From Solirubrobacteraceae bacterium (GTDB lineage Bacteria > Actinomycetota > Thermoleophilia > Solirubrobacterales > Solirubrobacteraceae): DNA of 38,371 nt. The notes under the pieces were generated by a model. That model was not told where the DNA came from, did not search any database, and saw only the letters and a list, made by a program, of their open reading frames with translations. Each line of letters begins with the position of its first letter. Position 1 is the stretch's first letter. The translations under genes were made by a program, and so were the position numbers. The stretch lies in the NCBI GenBank assembly GCA_034664545.1, contig JAXDHK010000340.1:1-38371 (forward strand), written 5' to 3'. Of this stretch, positions 17,571 through 24,893 are shown piece by piece.

Positions 17571-20500
17571 ATGGCGGCGCCGACGCTGACCCGCGAGGAG
17601 GCACCCAAGGTGTCTGCGCCCGCCAAGGCGCCGCCCCAGGCGGGGCCGGATGCCGCCGATCCCCTTCGCTCGGCCTATTCGAGCTTCCGCGACGTCCTCG
17701 AGGTGATCGGGAACAACCAGGCCGTCCAGCTGTTCCTGCCGGCCAGAGCAGCGGTCAAGGAAACGGCGAAGCCGAAGCCCGTGTCGACCGGTGACCCCCG
17801 GGCCGGGGCCGCCACCACTCCCGCCACGTCGGTCAACGTCAACCGGTTGGCCGTCGAGGCCGTTCCGGCGGACAAGGCCGCCTCCGTGGGCCAGGCCACC
17901 TCGCAGACGCCAGCCGCCCCGACCGGCAGGCCACAGGCGGCGGTCGGCCTCCCCATCGACAAGTTCGTCTACCAGCTCGCGAGCGACATCCAATCGCTGA
18001 GCAACCAGGCGGTCGCCGACTTCCTCGGCGCGATGGCCTCCGGAGGGGCGCTGAAGCAAGTCCTCGCCCGCTACCGGGAGCTCCACCAGACCACGGTGCG
18101 GGACGCGCTCATCGCCGCCAATCGGTCGGGAGACGACAGTCGCCCCTGGCACTTCGTGCGGGCGATGGCCACGCTCTACGGAGGTGACGGCGCCGAGGAC
18201 GAGCCCTGGGCGCAGATGGGCCTGTCGGTGATACCCCCGGGAACGGCCGATGAGAACCTCTACCGCCTCCTGACCGAGCGCAAGCTCCCCCAGCGCCTGA
18301 GGCTCAAGGCGACGTACAACCAGGCGTTCGCCGGCATCGGCCTGACCCCGAACGACACGCTCGAGGAGCATGTCGCGGCCGACACATGGAGCTTCGAGCG
18401 CCAGCGGGCGCTCGCGCTGCTCGACCACGACCTCACCGACGCGGATCACCTGTCGTTCGTGACCACGGCCATCGTCGGCGCCCACCAGACCACCGCGCTC
18501 GAGATCCTCCAGCGCGACTGGCGCGACGGCATGGCCTCGTTCGACCGACTCTTCGCCGACTGGGATCGCTACGTGAAGGCACCGGGCTACACAAAGCTCG
18601 GGCTCGAGGCGGCGATGGACAGCGAGCTGACCGGCCTCGAGGTCGACGTGGCGAGGTACATCTTCCAGGAGTACCACGCGGTGAAGGAGGGTAGGTACTC
18701 CTACCCGGTGGCCGCCAGCATCGTGGCGTCCTCCACGGTCTCCCGCGGGCTGAGCGGCGGCATTCTCACCACCGACGCCCGCGCGATCAAGACCGGTGCA
18801 CGCGATCTGCGCCTCGCCGTCGAAGCCGAGCAGAAGGCGGACCCCACGCGTCCCTCGACGATCCCCGGCACGCTCCGCGACAGCGCCCAGGAGAAGATCA
18901 AGGCGGGCGCCGTCAGTCTCGGCGACCCAGACCGGGTCGAGGCCCTGATCCAACTCGACCGCGAGCCGACCTACGCCGACCGGATCTACCTCGCCTCCCG
19001 ACGCGGGCAGTACGCCGACGCGCTCGCCAAGGCGATCGGCGCCTGGAAGAGCGGAGAGGAGGGCACGATCGACCGGGACCTCCGGGCCGGGTCCGACCCC
19101 CGCCCGGCGCTCGCCGGACACGTCATCCCCCCCGCCGACGAGAATGCCCCGGCCTACAGCGCCCTGACCCACCCCGGCCTCTCCCACGCCGAGCGCGGGG
19201 CCGTGCGCCTGGAGCTCGCCCTCCACAGCCTCACGGGCGACACCAAGGCGGACGAGCTCGCGGCTGCCGCTCAGTTCCTGAGGATCATCGACCCGAAGTC
19301 GCGCAAGCTCGTGATCGAGGCCTACGTGGCGCGCTATCTCGACTCGGCGACCGGCCGGCGGTTCGGGACGGTGCGTGAGGAGGGGACCCCCACGGCGGGG
19401 GACGCCCAGGAGCGCTTCTACCGGGCGGTCCAGACCGCCGCCAGCGGGTTCGAGGAATCGGTGACCCTGGTCGACCTCCTCCGCCTGATCCGTCCGGAAG
19501 CCGGACTCAAGGACACCTTGAAGCTGGCCGAGCGACGCGAGGCCGCCACCCACACCGGCCGCGTCGACGACCTCGCCACCGCCATGGTGGCGATCTACGA
19601 CGAGCTCACCGCCGAGCACACGATCGAGTTCGCCGACGCGGCGCTCAGGCGTCTGCGCCGGTGGGTGCACCTCGCCGAGGTCAAGCCCGACGAGCTCCGG
19701 GCCATCGCGGAGGCCGAGGGCGTCACGACGGTCACCGAGCTGGCGACCAAGAGCTACGACGAGCTCGCCGCGCGGCTCGACGAGGTCCGGTCGGTCAAGA
19801 ACACCATCTCCCAGGCGGTGGGGACGTTCGCCGACATCGCCGTCCGCTCGTTCTTCGTCGCCCTCGGCGGCCCGGCCGGACTACCCGGCCTCGCCTCCGC
19901 GCTCGGAGCCCAACTCGCCGGGATCGCCGTGCGCGGGGGCCTCCTCGGCGCCGAGTATCAGTCGGTCAGCAAGGCGACCATCTCGAACGCGGTCGGCGAC
20001 ATCGCCGCGCTCGGCCTCTTCGAGGGGCTGAAGATCGAGAGCGTCATCCAGGAGCTCGTCCCCAAGGGCGCCCTCCGCGGGAAGGTCGGCAAGCTCGGGG
20101 TGACCGAGGGCACAGGGATCCTCGAGCGCCAGGGACTGACCGAGCTGCAGGCCAAGTTCGTCCAGGACTCCCTCACCCAGATGGGGTCGAAGCTGTTCGA
20201 GAAGTCCGCCCAGAACGCGGTCGAGAACCAGCCCTTCCCCGGCATCGGCGAGATCCTCGCCCGGGCGGGCTACGCCCTCACCGTGGCCGGGTTCAAGGGC
20301 CTGGCCAGCGTGATCAACGTGAAGGCCGACATCTTCGCCTCGCCCGCGCAGCGACTGAGGACCAACGTAGGCGCGACCCTGCTCAAGGGACCCCCGCCCA
20401 AGTTCTCGCTCGGTCCCGCCATGTTCAAGGAGATGACCGACATCTGGCAGTCGCCGGACTCGGCCAACGCCACGTTCGCGGAGAAGCTCGTGCGGGTGAG

Positions 20501-20687
20501 CAAGGTGGGCGTGGCGTCGCTCGTCAGCGCTTTGCCCGTCGCGGGCGCCTTCACCGTCCTCGGCGAGCGGGAGGCCGCGGAGCTTCGAGCGGGGGCGGGG
20601 GGCGATCCCGAGGATTACCTCAACCGTCTCGTCCTGCGGCCCCCCACCTTCAGCCGGACGGTGGTCAGGCCGCCCGCCCGGCGGTGA
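17571..20687 (+). CDS. 1038-aa orphan protein; candidate CIS payload (GNNQAVQ leader motif, annexin-like repeats, hydrophobic C-terminal region)
   Basis: Long ORF with high GC3. Residues 45-56 read VIGNNQAVQLFL. Units such as GTADENLYRLLTERKLPQRLRLKATYNQAF...SFERQRALALL look annexin-like. The C-terminal roughly 300 aa are rich in Gly/Ala hydrophobic stretches (FFVALGGPAGLPGLASALGAQLAGIAV...). Confidence 0.7.
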   Translation: MAAPTLTREEAPKVSAPAKAPPQAGPDAADPLRSAYSSFRDVLEVIGNNQAVQLFLPARAAVKETAKPKPVSTGDPRAGAATTPATSVNVNRLAVEAVPADKAASVGQATSQTPAAPTGRPQAAVGLPIDKFVYQLASDIQSLSNQAVADFLGAMASGGALKQVLARYRELHQTTVRDALIAANRSGDDSRPWHFVRAMATLYGGDGAEDEPWAQMGLSVIPPGTADENLYRLLTERKLPQRLRLKATYNQAFAGIGLTPNDTLEEHVAADTWSFERQRALALLDHDLTDADHLSFVTTAIVGAHQTTALEILQRDWRDGMASFDRLFADWDRYVKAPGYTKLGLEAAMDSELTGLEVDVARYIFQEYHAVKEGRYSYPVAASIVASSTVSRGLSGGILTTDARAIKTGARDLRLAVEAEQKADPTRPSTIPGTLRDSAQEKIKAGAVSLGDPDRVEALIQLDREPTYADRIYLASRRGQYADALAKAIGAWKSGEEGTIDRDLRAGSDPRPALAGHVIPPADENAPAYSALTHPGLSHAERGAVRLELALHSLTGDTKADELAAAAQFLRIIDPKSRKLVIEAYVARYLDSATGRRFGTVREEGTPTAGDAQERFYRAVQTAASGFEESVTLVDLLRLIRPEAGLKDTLKLAERREAATHTGRVDDLATAMVAIYDELTAEHTIEFADAALRRLRRWVHLAEVKPDELRAIAEAEGVTTVTELATKSYDELAARLDEVRSVKNTISQAVGTFADIAVRSFFVALGGPAGLPGLASALGAQLAGIAVRGGLLGAEYQSVSKATISNAVGDIAALGLFEGLKIESVIQELVPKGALRGKVGKLGVTEGTGILERQGLTELQAKFVQDSLTQMGSKLFEKSAQNAVENQPFPGIGEILARAGYALTVAGFKGLASVINVKADIFASPAQRLRTNVGATLLKGPPPKFSLGPAMFKEMTDIWQSPDSANATFAEKLVRVSKVGVASLVSALPVAGAFTVLGEREAAELRAGAGGDPEDYLNRLVLRPPTFSRTVVRPPARR

Positions 20688-20802
20688 ACATTCTGACACG
20701 TTGCCTGGGGCCCTTTCGCCCGTGCGGTAGGAGGGTTATGATCAGTGGGTCCAGTCAGTCCCCATGTGCCACGGCGGCGCGTGCCCGCGGCGGAGGCCCC
20801 GG

Positions 20803-21462
20803 ATGCCAATCAGCATTGTCGTCGTCGTCGAGGTGCGCCTCTACCGGGAGGCCGTCGTCCGGGCGCTGAGTGACCAGGACGACCTGCGTCTCCTGGGCGA
20901 GGGCGACTCCGCCCGCGTGGCGCTGATCGAGATCGCGCGTTCCCAGCCCGACGTCGTGCTGCTCGACCTCGGGATCCCCCATGCCCTCGATGCCGTGCGA
21001 CAGGCGCGTGCCGTCGCGCCCGAGACGAAGATAGTGGCACTCGGCTTCGGCGGCACCGATGCCGAAGTGGTGGCCGCGGCCGAGGCCGGGCTCGGTGGAT
21101 ACATCGGAGTCCACCAACCACTCGACGATGTCATCACCGCCATCCGCGGCGTCGTGCGCGGCGAGGCGCCCTGTGACGGGCTGATCGCCGCGGCCCTCCT
21201 CCGGCGGGTGGCCGCCCGGGCCGGGGAGGTCGATTCCGCTCCGGTCCTGGCCGAGCTCACCTCACGCGAGCGCCGCATCCTCGAGCTCCTCGCCCGCGGG
21301 CTCTCGAACAAGGAGATCGCCAGCGAGCTCGTGATCGGCCTGGCGACGGTGAAGACCCACGTCCACGCCATCCTCCGCAAGCTCGAGGTGAGTCGGCGCG
21401 GCGCGGCCGCCGACGTGTTCAGGCGCGCCCAGGTGATCGGCGCCGGCTCCCGGGCCGCCTAG
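20803..21462 (+). CDS. LuxR/NarL-family response regulator, atypical receiver domain
   Basis: ATG 20803 lies 6 nt after GGAGG (20792-20796). The receiver-like N-terminus has the acceptor Asp in PDVVLLDLGIP. The C-terminal LuxR HTH reads LTSRERRILELLARGLSNKEIASELVIGLATVKTHVHAILRKL. Confidence 0.85.
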   Translation: MPISIVVVVEVRLYREAVVRALSDQDDLRLLGEGDSARVALIEIARSQPDVVLLDLGIPHALDAVRQARAVAPETKIVALGFGGTDAEVVAAAEAGLGGYIGVHQPLDDVITAIRGVVRGEAPCDGLIAAALLRRVAARAGEVDSAPVLAELTSRERRILELLARGLSNKEIASELVIGLATVKTHVHAILRKLEVSRRGAAADVFRRAQVIGAGSRAA

Positions 21463-21644
21463 CCCAGCCGGGCCCCGCCGGACCGACTCAGGTCACCCGA
21501 AGGGTGGACGCCGGTCCATCCCCGATCCATCTCCTTTCCACCCTTGAGCCGATGTGGCGTGGTGCCCACCCTCGGATGATTAAGGCCAGGTGAGCTACGA
21601 CGTACGAGGTTCCATCCACATCGAATGCCGGAGCCCGGATCCGC

Positions 21645-21992
21645 GTGCATCTCGTCGACCTCCCGCAGATGCTCCACGACGCCGTCCGCGACGCTCTGGC
21701 CGGAGCGGCGTTCGAGCTGGCGATGGGCCCTCCCCCTCCCGGGCCGGCGCCCGGGGTCACCGTTCTCGTCATGCCGGCCCGGGTCGAGCCCGGTCTCTGG
21801 ATCGAGCAGCTGACACGCCGCCCCGACGCATCGATCCTCTTGATCGAGCCCCGGGACTGCGAGGCCGCCCTCGTCGAGCTGCGCCCGGAGCGCCGGTATC
21901 TCGGCATCCTCGACGCCCCACGGATCGCCGATGCCATCCGTTCGGCCTCGGCCTGGGAGGCGCGGGTGACGGCGGCCGTGACCACGAAGTGA
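21645..21992 (+). CDS. small hypothetical protein translationally coupled to the ATPase
   Basis: 115-aa ORF with GTG 21645 (ATG 21669 is an alternative start) and high GC3. Its TGA (21990-21992) overlaps ATG 21992 of the ATPase. No family was recognised. Confidence 0.45.
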   Translation: MHLVDLPQMLHDAVRDALAGAAFELAMGPPPPGPAPGVTVLVMPARVEPGLWIEQLTRRPDASILLIEPRDCEAALVELRPERRYLGILDAPRIADAIRSASAWEARVTAAVTTK

Positions 21993-23992
21993 TGGAGGCC
22001 GGCGCCGTCACCGCCCCGGTCACCCCCCTGCTCGAATGGGCGGCGGCGGTACTCGCCGGCGCGCTCGACGCCGCCGGAGAGCTGCCGGCCGCGGCCGGCG
22101 GGATCGAGGCCCTCCGAGGGCTCGTGCTCTCGCCCGAGTCCGTCCGCGACCGGCTCCGGAGCGCCCGCTCCGCGCCGGTTGCCGCCTCTGCGCCACCGCC
22201 CCTCCCGGACTCGCTGCTCGGGCCCCTGCGCCGGCTCGGGGCCGACGCCTTCGAGCTGGCGGCGATCGGTCTCGCCGTCGCCGTCGAGCTCGACCCGGCG
22301 GCCGCCCGCGCCGTGGCCTACCTCCACGACGACATGCGACTTCGCCGCCTCTCCGTCGACCTCCTCGCCGCCCTCTGCGCCGATCTGGCCGGCGACTGGA
22401 CGGCCGGGAGGCGATGCCTGGCCCCGTCCTCCCGGCTGGTGACCCGCGGACTCCTCGAGGTCACTGCCGCCGGGGGCGACGCCGAGGTCCGGGCGACCCC
22501 GGCGCTCGCCGGTCACGTCGTCGGGATGCACCACCTCGCCCCCGAGCTCGTCGCGGCGCTCGGCACGGCGGCCGCCATCCCGGTCGCGACCCATCATCCG
22601 GCGGTGACGCGCTGGGCAGAGGCCCCCGATCAGGCCGTTCTCCACGTGCACGGAGCCGGTCCCGACGTTCTCGGTGCCCGCGTCGCGGCCTCCCTCGACC
22701 GGGCGGGCCGTCCCGCCGTCGAGGTCGACCTGGCCGCCCTCGACGAGGCGCACGCGCGCGGCCTCTCCGCCCACTGCCTGCTCGGCGATCTCGCGGCCAT
22801 GCTCGTGCTCCCGCGCGAGGGCCACCCCGCGCTCGGATCCCTGCTCGGCTCGATCGACGCGGTGTGCCTCGTGGACCAGGGACTCGCCCTCTGGCAGTCC
22901 CCCTCGGCGAGCACGCTCCGCCCGGTGGCCTCCGTGGAGCTGGCCTCACTCGAGGTCTCCGAACGCGCAGCGGCGGTCGCCGAGGGGCTCCGCGACGGCG
23001 GCATCCGTCTCGCCGACCCCGACGGAGCGCTTCCCTTCGCCCGGCGCTACCGCCACGGCCCCGACGCGATCGCCAAGGTCGCCGGCGCGACCCGGGCGCG
23101 CCTGCGCGCCGAGGAGCGCTCGACGGCGCGCGACACCGACATCCTCGCCGTGGCGGCGGTGCTCGCCGGCGCCCCGCTGCGCGACCTCGCCACCCGGGTG
23201 GACCGGGTCGCCGGTTGGGCCGACCTGGCCGTGCCCGAACCGATCGCCGACGAGCTTCGGGAGCTCTGCGCCCGGGTCGACGTCCGAGACGCCGTCCTCG
23301 GCGACCGGGGCTACGCGCGCACGCTCGGCACCGCCCGGGGGGTGAGCGCCCTGTTCGCCGGGCCGAGCGGGGCCGGCAAGACGCTCGCCGCCTCGGTCGT
23401 GGCCTGCGAGCTCGGGCTCGCCCTCTACCGCGTCGACCTCGCCCGGATCGTCTCGAAGTACATCGGCGAGACCGAGCGCAACCTCGAAGCCGTCTTCGCC
23501 GCCGCCGAGTCGACCGACGTCGTGCTCCTGTTCGACGAGGCCGATGCCCTGTTCGGCCGGCGCTCCGAGGTCCACGACGCCCACGACCGGTACGCCAACC
23601 TCGAGGTCGCCTACCTGCTCCAGCGCATGGAGGTCTACGACGGCGTGGCGATCCTCTCGACCAACCTCCTGCGCAACCTCGACGAGGCCTTCACCCGGCG
23701 CCTGGACTTCCGTGTCCTCTTCCCGTTTCCCGCCGCGGCCGAGCGTCGGCGGATCTGGCGCCTGATGTGGCCGCCCGGCGAGCGACTCGCCGACGACGTC
23801 GACCTCGACGCGCTCGCCCTCGAGCACGAGCTCTCGGGCGGGATGATCCGCAACGCCGCGCTCGCCGCCGCCCACCTGGCCGAGACCGAGCGGGCGATGG
23901 TCTCGAGTCGCCATCTCGAGCACGCGATCGCCCGCGAGCACGACAAGCTCGGGCACCTCCCGCGCATCTCGACCGCGGAGCCCGGGCGATGA
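21992..23992 (+). CDS. eCIS AAA+ ATPase (Afp15/Pvc15-like)
   Basis: Walker A GPSGAGKTLAA, Walker B VVLLFDEADALFG, and a CDC48-like C-terminus. The N-terminal LRRLGADAFELAAIGLAVAVELDPAAARAVAYLHDDMRLRRLSVDLL is typical of Afp15-type ATPases. The start was chosen at the TGATG overlap with the upstream ORF. Confidence 0.9.
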   Translation: MEAGAVTAPVTPLLEWAAAVLAGALDAAGELPAAAGGIEALRGLVLSPESVRDRLRSARSAPVAASAPPPLPDSLLGPLRRLGADAFELAAIGLAVAVELDPAAARAVAYLHDDMRLRRLSVDLLAALCADLAGDWTAGRRCLAPSSRLVTRGLLEVTAAGGDAEVRATPALAGHVVGMHHLAPELVAALGTAAAIPVATHHPAVTRWAEAPDQAVLHVHGAGPDVLGARVAASLDRAGRPAVEVDLAALDEAHARGLSAHCLLGDLAAMLVLPREGHPALGSLLGSIDAVCLVDQGLALWQSPSASTLRPVASVELASLEVSERAAAVAEGLRDGGIRLADPDGALPFARRYRHGPDAIAKVAGATRARLRAEERSTARDTDILAVAAVLAGAPLRDLATRVDRVAGWADLAVPEPIADELRELCARVDVRDAVLGDRGYARTLGTARGVSALFAGPSGAGKTLAASVVACELGLALYRVDLARIVSKYIGETERNLEAVFAAAESTDVVLLFDEADALFGRRSEVHDAHDRYANLEVAYLLQRMEVYDGVAILSTNLLRNLDEAFTRRLDFRVLFPFPAAAERRRIWRLMWPPGERLADDVDLDALALEHELSGGMIRNAALAAAHLAETERAMVSSRHLEHAIAREHDKLGHLPRISTAEPGR

Positions 23993-24879
23993 TCGGGGCC
24001 GCCGACGCCATCCTCCGCCGGGTCCTGACCGACGGCGTGCCCGGCATGACCTCCGACCGGATCTCCTTCCAACCGCCCGACGAGGTCTGGCGAACCCGCG
24101 TCGGCGCGAGCAAGGGCGTCAGCATCGACGTCTACCTGGCCGAGATCGACGAGGATCGCGACCTGCGCACCAGCGCCGTCGACCGGGTGATCGACGGCGG
24201 GATCGCCCGCGACCGCCGGGCACCTGAGCGGGTGCGCCTGACCTACCTGATCTCGGCCTGGAACGCCGCCAAGGACTCGGTGGCGACCGCCGCCACCGAG
24301 GCCGAGCACGACACCCTGTCCTTCGTCCTTCAGGCGCTGCTCCGGGCGTCCCCGCTCAACGCGTCACGGATCCTGCCCCCGACGGCCCTCGCCAGCGTCC
24401 CGGTCGGGATGCGCGAAACGGACCTTCCGACGAGGATCGCCGTCTCCGAGGCCCTCGACAAGCTCAGCCACTTCTGGGGCACCATGGGCGCCACCCACCC
24501 GCACAAGCCGGTGATACCCGTCCTCGTGACGGTGCCCGTGACCTACCCGGAGACGATCACCGACGGGGTCGTGTTCACGATCGACACCGGCCTCGGCTCC
24601 GAGCGCCTGATCGAGGTCGGCGGGCACGTGTACGACGCGGTCGGACCCAACGCCGCCCATCCCCGTCCGGTCGCCGACGCCGCGGTCGTGTTCACCACGC
24701 TCGCCGGCCGCCGAGCGGCCGGTACCCGGGCCGCGAGCGACGGCCGCTTCGTCGTCGACGGCCTGACTCCCGGCACCTATCACCTGAGCTTCACGGCCGA
24801 CGGCTACGCAGCTCCCCCGCCGGTTCCCATAACCCTGCCCACACCCTCCGGCGGCTCCCTCGAGCTGCTGTTCACCTGA
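23989..24879 (+). CDS. DUF4255 tail cap/terminator protein (Afp16-like) with C-terminal CarboxypepD_reg-like beta-sandwich
   Basis: ATGA overlap (23989/23992). The N-terminus ILRRVLTDGVPG...ISFQPPDE...SIDVYLAEIDEDRDLR and RLTYLISAW fit DUF4255. The C-terminal SDGRFVVDGLTPGTYHLSFTADGY is a carboxypeptidase-regulatory-like motif. Confidence 0.75.
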   Translation: MIGAADAILRRVLTDGVPGMTSDRISFQPPDEVWRTRVGASKGVSIDVYLAEIDEDRDLRTSAVDRVIDGGIARDRRAPERVRLTYLISAWNAAKDSVATAATEAEHDTLSFVLQALLRASPLNASRILPPTALASVPVGMRETDLPTRIAVSEALDKLSHFWGTMGATHPHKPVIPVLVTVPVTYPETITDGVVFTIDTGLGSERLIEVGGHVYDAVGPNAAHPRPVADAAVVFTTLAGRRAAGTRAASDGRFVVDGLTPGTYHLSFTADGYAAPPPVPITLPTPSGGSLELLFT

Positions 24880-24893
24880 AGCCAAGGAGAGCC

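Noticed and set aside
20714-20742. TATGAT (20737-20742) as the -10 element for the LuxR gene
   Set aside because: The best -35 at 17-nt spacing is TTTCGC. TTGCCT (20701-20706) is 30 nt away. The match is too weak to report as a feature.
20764-20802. ATG 20764 as the start of the LuxR regulator (MCHGGACPRRRPR...)
   Set aside because: The extension is Cys/Arg/Pro-rich and has no RBS. ATG 20803 has GGAGG 6 nt upstream and begins right at the receiver beta-1 strand.
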